From Lingula anatina (lineage: Eukaryota; Animalia; Brachiopoda), in the NCBI GenBank assembly GCA_051362555.1, contig CM120646.1, positions 4,092,001 to 4,156,000 of the forward strand: a stretch of 64,000 nt of DNA, in the 5' to 3' direction. The notes beneath the pieces were generated by a model. That model made no database searches. It was not told the DNA's origin and saw nothing but the letters and a program-made list of their open reading frames with translations. Below are positions 45,701 through 56,874 of this stretch, in pieces; position 1 is the first letter of the stretch, and every line of letters starts with the position of its first letter. Both the position numbers and the translations under genes were made by a program.

Positions 45701-48700
45701 TCTCTTTAAACATTTATGAATGGCTACAAATAGCACTGAATATCTATCCATTTTTTTCTTATCCTAGCCTTGCAATGCCAGCAACAATTACCCTGATATA
45801 TGATAAAATTATCCATTAAAAGTCCTTGTCTGCTTAAAATACTAACAACTACCCTCTTTGTAAAAACTGTTTAAATGGTAGGTGACAACTCTGTCCTGTC
45901 AACCCCAGGTATGGTTTCATGTGTTCCTAAAACCAGCAATCAAAATTCTTGCTGTGATTCAGAGTCCCTAATTATATCCTAGTTATTTTCGTGGGACAGT
46001 TTCTTTTATTTAATGCAAAGGATCATGGTTTCTCAATTCTCTTTTAATTGAATCCCAAGGAAGCTGCGTCCTGAGATGGCCCAGTTAGTCACCACCAATC
46101 ACTGAGCAGTTATTTTAAGATAAGGAAGTGAAAAATGCGTGGGCAGAGTGAAACTTGTGGCTTGTTTGTTTCCCTCCTGCTACTGATAAACAAATTGGGG
46201 TTTTATGTTAAGTAGATATTGTATTTCAAATATTTATCTTAAACTATTTATTTTGTGCCTTTTCTACAAGAATGGTAATTTAACCAATTATAAATTTGAA
46301 ATTTTGATGTCTATAAGGTTGGCCAAGCATATCTGCTACTAATAATCAGTTGAAATTAATAAATTTAAAGAAGTGCACCATCCTAGCTTCTAAATCTGGA
46401 GTGCCTACTAGTATCCTCATTTAAACACTTTTATCTTTTAACAAGGAAGTTGTATATTTAATTATTGACTGTTAGATACCACTAGTTTATAATTTCCTTT
46501 TCTTTTCCATTTTTATTATTTTCTCTGTGATCTTATATTTTGTATCTTAAGTGAAGAAAAGTGAAGGGCATTCTCCAAAGAGGCAATCTGTGCAGCAATA
46601 TCAAACTACAGTTTCTTTTTAAAGCACATAATACCCATTTATCTTACTACTGTAACAGCGAGAAATTAATTCTCTCCTGGAAATCTTAAAATTTTGTCCC
46701 TTGATCAAATCCATTCACAAAAATAAACATAAACCTTAATTTCGTCATTCTTGTATTGGAGATAGAGTATGGCGATTTTCAATCATGATGACAGTTAAAA
46801 TTTGGAAATTAGAACTCGAAAACAGGAATTTAGATAATATTTTGAAATTTTCCCATGGTTTTGAGTAGGATGTACCTTTAAGGCAATGGAAAATTGTTTT
46901 AATTTTGAGGAAAATAATTTTTGCTATAATATAGTTTCAACACACTTTGCAGGATTTTAATAACTATTCAACAAGTTACTACTGTGAATGGCTAAAAGTA
47001 TTATTATTATTATTGCTATTATTATTTTTCTTTGTAATGTTTCCCTTTTATTTATTTATTCATTATAACTATTTTTACTATTATTATTATTATTTTTTGC
47101 TGAAAAAGCCTCCTTACCTTGTTGTTGCTGCACCTGTGGGGCAATGATGATTATGGTTGCCGGGTTAGAAGTGGTTGACACGGGAACAGCTGTGGTTACC
47201 ATAGGGACAGAGCTTGTTGTCAAGGCTGGATTGGCTGACATCATTGGGGCTGAAGCTGCAGTGATGTTGGGTTGAACGAGACCCTGAACACTTGCTGGGG
47301 ACCCAACACTATAGCAAAGGAAGGCAGCACAATTGTCAAATTTACAGGCAACACAGTAGCAAAATAAAGCTTATTAAATAAATTCATTCATTAATTAGGC
47401 ATCTACAATACCCAGAATACTAGTGCTTTTTAGGACAATGCAATTCTACAAGTGACTTAACTTTATACCCCACTTTCTTGTTTATACCAGTCTTCTGAAG
47501 ACACAACATGGAGCTCAAGTTAATAAGGAAACCTCTAATTATCTTCAACTACTTGAGTACTTTGAATTAATACTTTTATTATTTTTTTTTCAGCAACAAA
47601 AGCACTCAAATATTTTATAAAGCCACATAAATCTTAACCTTGCGTGTCATACAAATGCAAGCTAAATATACTCAGTGCCAAAACACACAGGTCATTCCAC
47701 AAAAATTGCTGTCAGTGATGCCCAAATTTTATACAAGTTATATTTGTTTTTCTTCACTTTTTTAATAACTGTTGAGTTCTTTCCATATTGACAAAAGCAA
47801 AAATAATGGGACAACTCAGAATCATACTCACTGCTGGGGTGGCGAGTAAGGACCCTGACACGCTCCAGACGAACTCTGCTTCCTGATATCCATGGAATCT
47901 TTCTCAATGACGGATATGACATCGGAGAGGTGTTCCAAGTCGTCTGGAGAGAACACGTACTGGCTGTCCTCCGAGGGGAGGCTGCTGACACTGGCCTGTG
48001 GGGAGGGTGCCCCCTGCGAGTAGGGTGAGGGAACCCCAGTGCTGGTGTTGGATACTGAGGACTGGCGCACACTGGAGATGGCCTGTGGTGAACCCACATT
48101 GTACCCTGACCCAGGGGAGGGAATACCCTGAGAGGACATACTGTAGGCGGACTCTGCAGGGGAGGGGACACCCTGAGAGGAGTGAGACATGCTGTACACG
48201 GAGCACGGGGACGGCACCCCCTGCGACATGTGTGACATCGGTGGAGAAGGGACGCTTGTGCTGGCTGGCCGGGCAGGGGAGCTGGAGCCAGCGGTGGCAG
48301 GACTGCCATGGGATGTATACCCAGGTGCCTGGTGCTGTTTCTGTGGAGGAACCTGTGACTGCTGATATGATGGGAGGGCCGTCATCCCCTGTACCCCCAT
48401 GCCTCCTTTTGGATACGGAGGCAACTGCTGGTATGTTTGACGTGCCTGAAACATGTACTGGGTCTGGCCTTGACCTTGTTGAGTGGAGGTTGAGGTCATA
48501 GACATCTGTGACATGCTTGAGGCTTTGTACCCTTGTTGTTTTGCAACAACATTGGCATTATTTCCATAATATCCGTGATACTGGTTAGCTGGAGGGGGGC
48601 TCTCATTCTGGTTGGGATATTCGGGGGAAGGAACTGGAGACTGACCGGTGGAGTCCAGATGCTGGCGTTGATTTATTGCTCTTCGCATGTGCTGCTGTCG

Positions 48701-51168
48701 CTGCTCTGACAGCATCTTGGCATGAGCGTTAGCACTTGCATTGGCCTTGGCGCTGGCTATCTGATAAGACAACTTCTGGTACAACTGTTCCTCTTGTTGT
48801 TTTTGGCTGTACTCATCATCAGTAACAATACCCAGCAACTCATCTATGTCGAAGAATGGCTCCGTAGTTTCAGATCCTGGCACTGTAAAAGTATTCAGCG
48901 TGGAATTATTGGACCAGTTGTCCGATGTCTGTACCAAGCAGTGACCGCCACTGAATCCGCGTTGGTTGTAGGTGACATCTATATTGAGAGGTTTATTTTC
49001 CACAGCGGTTGGGTCATCTTTATTGAGGTTGTTAAGACCGGACCAGTTGGTTGTCTGTCGACCTTTAAAGGGAAGAAGAAAAACTTAGTGATAAAGTGCC
49101 CATAGAGGTTAACAAGAAATAAATGGTTGAAAGATAAATAAATAAATAAATAATGATAAATTTAACAGTGCTAAAGACAGGATGCACGTTTAGATTCCTT
49201 CTGGTTCTTGTTTTTTAAACTGTCATACTTCCTTTTCTATATTCATTGTTCCTTATATTCTCAAATCTTCCCCTTTCAACAGATTTTCCACTCAATTAAA
49301 CTTCCTTCAAGATGTTTATTATAATCAAGATGAAACTATCTGATACAAAGAAGAAAGAGGGGGGAAAAAGAGACATCAGTGTTGAAGATGAAACCATTTT
49401 TTTTTTACTATCTTATAAAGGTTAATAGACTGTTATTTTGTACTGATAAGATCTAGAGGGAAACCACTGTGCAATCTCAATTCACAGACCACGCCTGTTG
49501 GCAAACTTTCAATTTTATATTATGCACAGCAGCTGTATTATCAGTGTTAGCTTCCGATAAGAAAATATTCCTCAGCAATTAACATTTTCTGTGCATGTCA
49601 GCTCTATACCAGGCATTTTTGAAATAATTTCAAATGTATGAAATTCTAGTCAAAATTTATGACTTTCAAAACATTATTTTCCAGGAAATTTAAATTCTGA
49701 TATTTTAACACATCACATCCATTATCATTTTTATTTTGTAAGCACTGGATAGACATGGTCATGATTATGACATTTTAATTTTGTAAGCAATGGATAGACA
49801 TGGTCATGGTTGGCACACCATGACATAAGTTGTTATGTCTAGGCTTAATCTTGAATATTATTAAAATCTGTATCATTTGTCAAGAACATACTTATTTACT
49901 AGTAAGTTACTTAATTTGCCAATAACATACTTATTTAACATTTAAGTTATTACTAAATGAATTTACATTGATCAAACTGGGTACAGTAATCACAGGGCTA
50001 AACAGATCAGTTTCCTGACAAAAGCCATCCCAGAACCAAGACCTTACCCACGGTATCCTCAGATTCTGCAGGTCCTCTGTAAAACTTGGGGGGCATAGGG
50101 CTTTCGTCATATCGCCTCTTCCCACCCAACACATCATGGTAGCAAGTGGCCTCGTAGTCGACGCCCCCCATGTGGCCAATGGTCCCCCTCATCCATTCCT
50201 GGCCAGGACCTCGGCTGGCCAGGCCCATGCGTAATTTGGAGGTGTTGTCGTCCTCTACCCCAAACAGATTGGATTCTTTTTCTTCTTCTTCTTCATCCTC
50301 ATCAGCAGCATCTCTTTCCTTTTCTGTTCTGGTGGGCTTGATAGACAGTTTCTGTAAGTCTGCAGCAATGTCAGCAGCTTCTTGCTTATTTTTGGAGTCA
50401 ACTGTTAACGCAGACATGGCGTCAGTGATGTCTTCGAGGACTGCATTAGATGCAACCCCTGAGACGACTGTCTTGTTATCATCACCATCAGAGGCTGTGG
50501 TGGTCGTTTCACTTTCTGCAGAAACCTCTGTATTGATAGCCTTTGCATTTGATGCAGACTCTTTATCTGGTTGAGAAATATCTGAAAAATATCAAGAATA
50601 TCTGAAAAATTTCAGGAACTAACACATACTACAGTAGCAGGTCAAAGGTGCCTAAAGGCTTTATCAATACTGTGTCCTACTGACATCATTTTATGTCTCA
50701 TCTATTAGCATTTAAGTGAATCGTTTAATGCACAATAACGAACTTTAGCCAACAACAAATTTAATCAGCAATGTAATAAAACTTATACTTGAAAAACAGG
50801 GAAAGGGGGTCATGGAAAATGGAATCTAGGTTGGTGAAAACAAACGACTTTGTGTTAAAGTATTAGAGACCAGTGTTTCTATAGACAGGTTGAGAAGGAC
50901 CTATGTGTACTATCTCTCAACAACTCTGAAAACAATCTATCGTTAAATAAAAGAGTTTTCTGCTGACATTTCCTTCACAAATTAAATATGCAACAACAGC
51001 TGATAGAGACGCATGTTAAAACTAGGACAAGATGGGCTGAAAAAAATCAAAAACAACATCAAATTTACCTTGGTTTTCTGGATCCTCTGCTTTCCCCATC
51101 GTTGGAGCGTTTTCTTTGTGATCTACTGATTCATGTACGTGTACTTTGGTTGCTAAAACTGCAGCCAT
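36704..51168 (-). CDS. Atypical IkappaB-family ankyrin-repeat protein (IkappaB-zeta/BCL3-like), ~1148 aa (exons 51168-51069, 50581-50048, 49062-47832, 47308-47118, 45351-45200, 44660-44567, 43832-43682, 43356-43016, 38523-38399, 38013-37866, 37440-37310, 36952-36704)
   Basis: IkappaB-type ankyrins QDEDGDT|YLHIAV, QTALYLA, RGPLHVAA, NSEG|LTALHCA, DGKSGKTPLHYAIE and NTCLHIAA, after ~800 aa of Q/S/P-rich sequence. Exons sum to 3447 nt with consistent phases. Exact orthology is not resolved. Confidence 0.85.
39014..40728. repeat. 146-bp tandem satellite, about 11.7 units
   Basis: Unit starts at 39014, 39159, 39305, 39451, 39597, 39743, 39889, 40035, 40181, 40327, 40473 and 40619. Confidence 0.97.
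40972..41263. mobile_element. MITE with TAC..GTA ends and 6-bp TSD (IS3EU-like), nested in the HINE
   Basis: TIR TACGGAAGCCGACTGGTGCCATATG / CATATGACACCAGTCGGCTTCCGTA, CATTTT on both flanks, and five internal palindromes TATCTCGAAATTTCGAGATA. Confidence 0.8.
41179..42840. repeat. Tandem duplication of ~0.82 kb (about 41179-41995 and 41996-42840)
   Basis: Near-identical sequence including the HINE terminal hairpin. The ORF track shows the same spurious peptide twice. Confidence 0.95.
43956..44292. mobile_element. TTAA-flanked MITE (Kolobok-like), copy 1
   Basis: TIR AGGGATAATAACTCTTCGT / ACGAAGAGTTATTATCCCT with TTAA on both sides. Confidence 0.8.
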
Positions 51169-51673
51169 TTGGATACTCTCCTATCTCTTCTGTGTCAGTC
51201 CTAAATTTCGTGTCTTGCTTATGTTTCTTCCCGGAAATAATGTAATATGCTGATTGGTCAGTTTCGGCCTACGTCATCACGAAGGGATTTCCCCTCTGCG
51301 CCAGCTTTGTCCGACTAAGAAAAGACTTGAGAAAATATACTTAATTCGGTCTAGTGGGGAAATCCGATCGACAGTACCGTCTGCTCATATTTTGTGAAAC
51401 TGAGGCTGAAATCGAAACTCATCATATCGATAGATATAATTTCAACGTATGCTAATTTGCCTATTTAGAATCTGACGCGATCTCGTAAAAGAAAAATCTT
51501 CCCCGCGAGATCATGCTCATTGCGATATAGATCACCACTTCCTGTGCACCGGTCTTGACTGCGCAGGAAAAACACACGTCAGCAAACAGCAAAACCAAAA
51601 CAATAAAGCGTGCTAGCCTGTGATAATTAAGAAACACGACCAGGCTTGAATATTTGTGATATTCTGTTTAGAA
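51169..51673. promoter_or_regulatory. Bidirectional promoter between the IkappaB-like gene and SELENOS
   Basis: 505 bp between divergent ATGs. GAS TTCCCGGAA 51228-51236, CCAAT (-) 51253-51257, CRE-like TACGTCA 51270-51276, kappaB GGGATTTCCC 51284-51293, GGGGAAATCC 51356-51365, ETS CACTTCCTG ~51536, and CACGTCA 51575-51581. Confidence 0.75.
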
Positions 51674-54297
51674 ATGGACGCCCCGGGTCCGGGGAACGAA
51701 GCAGGGGCCGATGGAGGGCACGATATAACAAATGAGACCCCAGCATTTGTCTGGGAGTACCTGTATTTCCCAGGTAAGATTATCTCGACTTTATCCCGGC
51801 TTTTGTTACCTCATGCACCTGATTGCAGTAGGCGGGACGGGTCCAGATTAACTAGGGATGAGGGTGGGTATTATGTAGAAGGCAAAAGGAAAACACCCCG
51901 CCTTTGCTTTAGATTCTTTAATTTAATTTGTATTGGGGCATTATAATTAGTCATCAACAACGTACAGCTAGACCTCCAAGAATTCAAACGTCTTTTTCCT
52001 ATTTACTTCTCATGTATGTTTTTTTATGCTTCTGTGAATGCTGTCAGCCACCCTGTATTACATATTTGGGTCCACATATCCCAGTTGAATATACAGTAGC
52101 ACTAACTGCAATATTTTAGCTCGGTCCCACAATGGCGAGGAACATATATAGCATCCAGGCATCATAATCTCCTACGAGCGCAGCCGAGAATTAATTACAG
52201 CTTTGGAAAATTACGCCACGGAGTATTCAGGGCACAGACTGTGATCACTAGATACTCTAATGGATTTTTAAGTTTTTAGAATTTAGATTTTTCATGTGAA
52301 CGCAGCTTAAGTGTAATCAGCATAATTATCTGGCATACCCCCTCATGAAACATCTTGAACAATATCATGAACCACAAAGTTTTCTCGACTTAACTCTTTC
52401 ATAAGTTATGAGGTGCCAGACAATTAAGCTGATTACGTTGACAACACCTAAGCAAGAACCCCCGCTGAGGCGTAATGATCCTGCTTATACAATAACTCTA
52501 TTCTGAAAAGAGTCATTTTCTGATTATATCTAGATTCTTAATATTGATACTTGGGATGCTGTCACCTAGATCATTATACAAATCTGAAAAGCACGTGAAA
52601 ATCCTCTTGGATACAACACTATGGCTGCATTCAGTGCAGTGGACTAACTGGTCCGGGGGTCAAATATGGCCGACCCACTTGAATACTTCCTCACGGGAAT
52701 CTGTTCAGTGTCTATTAGCGGATTAGACGGCAAGCTTTGTAGTAGGTTGCCATATTTGACCCGCAGACTAGTTAGTCCACTGTTCTGAAGACGGCCTATG
52801 ACAGAACTTGGCAAGTGTCATGTCTGCACTGTAGCACCACAAGTTATCACTCGTTATATATATGCTGTTAAACAAAAAAATATAATTATGTAATTTTTCC
52901 CCATGATTCATGCATGTAATATAAGGTTTTCTGGAGTCTTAAGGATAGAGATATAGTTAAAATTAACCAGAAAAATATTTTAATTTTCACCTTTCCCACA
53001 TAAGGTTCAGATTTCATTTTTTTCAAAAATCCTTTTTGCTGTGCCTCTTAATATAACTAAATAAAATCAAACACCCCATTTCCATAGATTTTTAGGTCGA
53101 TCTATCCCTGTGGGGAGTCTCACTAGATTACTGTCAGCTTGGCTGGCTTAAGCGTCTGTCCCGCCTACTAAAAGCTGTAAGGGGATAATTAACTATGGTG
53201 CCCGCTCGGTTGACTGCAATTTAGCGTGAACCCCCAGGGAGTTAGATTGATCTAAATCTCTGGGAAAGCACCCAAAGGCTTGAAGTTGAAAAGTAAAAAA
53301 ATTAGGATCACTTCCACTATTATATATATATATAGCTAAATCATACCACCACTGGAAATATTCATTCTCCCCTCACTTTCGTTTGAAGTTTTACTAGCAT
53401 TTTTCAATATACCATCACAAACTTGACTCTCTTTTAATGACTATTTTCATTCACTGCATGGATTTTATTTCAGCTGTCTCTTTCCTGAAGCAATATGGCT
53501 GGTTTGTCATCCTTGGACTAATTGTGATTACATTTCTTTGGCACAAGATCAAGCCGCATTTACAGCAATGGTTAAAGAAAATAGAAGACCAGAAAGAGTA
53601 TACAAGATATAAAGATGGTAAAATTGTTATGACTATTGATAGTATTTACATATATTTAAAATAAGTTTGTCCATCACATGTAAGTTAAAGTAAATTTTGT
53701 ACAATTGTATTATAGTCATGCTTAAAAATTTTCACCAGATTCCCCTTGTGGAAATGTTACAAAATTAATAAGATTTTTAAAGATATATTAGAACATGTGG
53801 ACTGTGTCATTCATTTTAAGCTGTGAAATTTTTTAAAAGACATTAATAATATAAAAATGCTATGTTGCTACATAGATCGCCTTTAAGGTGTACTGGAAAA
53901 CCATTTACTTTATTACTACTAGTAAGTACACTACTTGTGGATACATAAAATAAGCATCATGGTTACATGATACAACATAATTTATAAGCATACTACGATG
54001 TACTGCATATTGCGCAATACAATATGGTAATTCATTAACACTATGTTATGAGTTTTAAAATATAAATTAAGTCAGAATATAGTTAAGTTGCCCCAGCCGT
54101 TCTCAATTTTCCCATTCTCAGGCTTTCAAATATTACGTATATATATATATATGTATAATACTGTACATTTATATTGTTTCTATGTACCAGATCCTGATCT
54201 TGCTCAGAGGAGATTCGAAGCCATGGAGAAGTCAAGAAAGGCATTGCAAGAACAGCTGGACCGCCAGGCAGAGGTGTATACAGAAAAACAGAAAGAG
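51674..54297 (+). CDS. SELENOS: Selenoprotein S (VIMP)-like, 3'-partial (exons 51674-51773, 53474-53617, 54191-54297)
   Basis: NETP..; FLKQYGWFVILGLIVITFLW transmembrane segment; DPDLAQRRFEAMEKSRKALQEQLDRQAE matches the SelS p97-binding coiled-coil region. Phases are consistent. The Sec codon and SECIS are not in view. Confidence 0.82.
52562..52797. mobile_element. Palindromic MITE-like element; related copy at ~54575-54760
   Basis: CAGTGGACTAACTGGTCCGGGGGTCAAATATGGC versus GCCATATTTGACCCGCAGACTAGTTAGTCCACTG. The inverted arms proper span ~52622-52797. Confidence 0.55.
53073..53272. mobile_element. MITE-like family A, copy 3 (reverse orientation)
   Basis: Contains AATTTAGCGTGAACCCCCAGGGAGTTAG, the reverse complement of the family core. 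Confidence 0.7.
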
Positions 54298-54967
54298 GTA
54301 AAATGTAGGACTTACACAGTGAGCATCGGACTTCAATTTATTTTTTTTTTTTAAATCTCATTCTTTCAACACTTTTTCACTAATACTCTGTTCACACTAC
54401 CATCTAAAGACCCCATATTTATTTAAGCTTGATTATCTGGTAAAAAAATTTGATGCTCTTCCCTGTACACACACAGCAAACTTGTCAGAATCCCACGTAT
54501 ATGGCACCATTTACAGCTCTTTTCAAACTCTGACCTTGTCGAATAGAGAACGATCCTCATACAAGGTGCACAAGTCGCTGTATTCAGAACAGCGGGCTAA
54601 CTAGTTGGCGGATTAAATATGTTGACCCTCTGATAAGTTTGTCATCTATTACCTAATAGACACTGAGTAGATTCCCCGCAGGGATTATGCAACAGACATT
54701 CAAGTGGGTCAGTCATATTTGGTCCGCGGACTAGTTAATCTGCTGGAGTGAGTGCAGCCTATAAATGTGACCAAAGAACATGGAGCCTGTTTTTTTTTCT
54801 ATATGCAAACTATATACAACCCGTGTATTTCTGATAACTAGAAGAGTTAACAAATCTTGCTATAAACAACATATCACTAGCTCTTCTGGCAAAGATTTTA
54901 TCATCATTCATAGTTCTAATATGCTCCAAATGAGCTCCATTCTGATGAAGACACATTCATATTTAAT

Positions 54968-55625
54968 GCCCCTATTTCACACAGACCACGAATCCCACGA
55001 ATGGCCATGAATTGACAAATTTCACGATTCCTGGTTGAATCGTAATCAGTTCGTGAAGTTCTTAACAGATTCCTATATATTCGTAGTCAGTTCTTGCACT
55101 TCTTGACCAACAGGAATTGGTGGCAAAAACTTTGATGCCCCTATTTCACACAGACCACGAATCCCACGAATCACCAGAAATTGAAAATTTCAGGATTCGT
55201 GGTTGAATCGTAATCAGTTTGTGAAGTTCTTAACAGATTCGTATATGCAGTTCTTGCAATTCTTGATCAATCGGGAATTCTTGGCAAAAATTTTGAGCTG
55301 TTCAAAGTTTTGGCCACGAACTCCCGATTCCAAAAATTCGTAGTGAATTTCTGGACAATATTTGTGCGATTCCAGCCGAATCCCACACATATTCGTAACA
55401 CTATCGCACCTGTATCGTAACTGAATCGTAGAGGGTGTCGAATTAGACCAGAAAATTGGCAAAATCTCACGATTCCAGCCGAATCCCACTAATATTCGTA
55501 ACACTATCGTACCTGTATCGTGAGCGTGTCGAATTAGACCAGAAAATTGGCAAAATCTCATGAATCCTCACGAATCCTGAAATTTGTTAATTCCTGGCGA
55601 TTCGTGGTCTGTGTGAAATAGGGGC
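54968..55625. mobile_element. TIR non-autonomous DNA transposon (Harbinger-like) with a duplicated left end
   Basis: GCCCCTATTTCACACAGACCACGAATC at 54968 and again at 55136. The complement GATTCGTGGTCTGTGTGAAATAGGGGC ends at 55625. Confidence 0.75.
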
Positions 55626-56230
55626 CTTACAGGATAAGTTGTCAATGACTTTGGTGCTCTCTTCTTTTGGTAGCTCTGATTTCTTGTTTGAGAAATTGCT
55701 GCCTTTAGTGGCTGGGATGCTGTGTGGGTTGTTCCTGTTCATTCAGAAACCATCGGAGTGACTCCTCTACAGCTGCTGTTCTAAGCGCCCTTATCACATC
55801 TCGACTAGATTACAGTAACTGCACTTCTCTTCTTTACCTGGCAACAGTCACTTTACCCCTATTATCTGACAGTGTCTTTGGCAAACTATGAAAGCACAGA
55901 TTCTTTTTAAATTATTACACTGTAGTTTATGTGCACCCTGCTTTGGGATTCATTAAACTTGACTGCGTTAGGATTCACTTAACTTGACCTCACCATATTG
56001 ATATAACCTTGTAACATTGTAACAATCAACTTTATGAAAACGGATTTACAGTCCATAGTTTTAACTAGGTTTACATGTGTATCTTGGTGATAAAGGAAAA
56101 CTGTTAATATTTTCAGGAAGTTGATGTTATCTGTGAAAAGATGTTACGCTCATTGTGTTCTTTTCACATTAACACATCTGACCAAGAATTTACCTGAGCT
56201 AAAATCTTCATTAGCTTGGTAGTTGCATCA

Positions 56231-56347
56231 TAAATGAAAATTATCAAACACAAGCTGAAAATCTTTCCTACCCTAAACTTGCATCCGGGTTGGCCGTAAG
56301 CTAACGATATGAAAGATTTCCGGCTTGTGTTTGATAATTTTCATTTA
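56231..56347. mobile_element. Small palindromic MITE-like element
   Basis: TAAATGAAAATTATCAAACACAAGC / GCTTGTGTTTGATAATTTTCATTTA, a 25-bp perfect inverted repeat. Confidence 0.7.
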
Positions 56348-56464
56348 AGAATTAACCTCAATATTATCTTATGGTTCCATTGATGTGTTTTCCTGCAGTA
56401 TACAGACTTCCATATTAATCTATGACATGTTTTAGAGTTTTGGAAAATTTATATTTCTGTTGAA

Positions 56465-56799
56465 AGGGATAACAACTGTTTTTATGAGATCCATATTACA
56501 CAATAAATATATTTTAAACAACTCAAAGAAATATCAAATACTATTTTACCACTAAAATAGTAAAATCTGTGTTTGCTATCAGACCACTTCAGGGTAGATG
56601 GCTACTCTCTGTAATAATCATGAGAGATTATAACAAAAAAAAAATAAATAAATAAAGAAAAAAGAAAAGAAAAAAAAGGTGGACTAACTTTGAATGTTGG
56701 AAGGTATTCTGGATTCATTGACTCTTGGTAAGTCTAGGAAAATTGTCGTTCAACCAAGGGAAATCCCTCTTTTTTTCCAAAATGAATGTTGTTATCCCT
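56465..56799. mobile_element. Kolobok-like MITE, diverged copy 2
   Basis: AGGGATAACAAC..GTTGTTATCCCT ends, with internal similarity to 43956-44292 (GGACTAACTTTGAATGT, GGTAAGT..GGAAAATTGT). Confidence 0.65.
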
Positions 56800-56874
56800 T
56801 TAAATTTTAATGTGAGATTTTTGCAAGTTCCACAATGGAAGTCACTCTGTGTATAGTTCCTTAAATTGTATTGT

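Noticed and set aside
47692-49105. Overlapping 100-205 aa ORFs
   Set aside because: They are shadows of the GC-rich IkappaB-like exon, and only one frame fits the splice phases.
50048-50125. OCA/POU-binding peptide like that of vertebrate IkappaB-zeta
   Set aside because: KFYRGPAESEDTVG lacks the (Y/F)QGVRVK..VKELL core.
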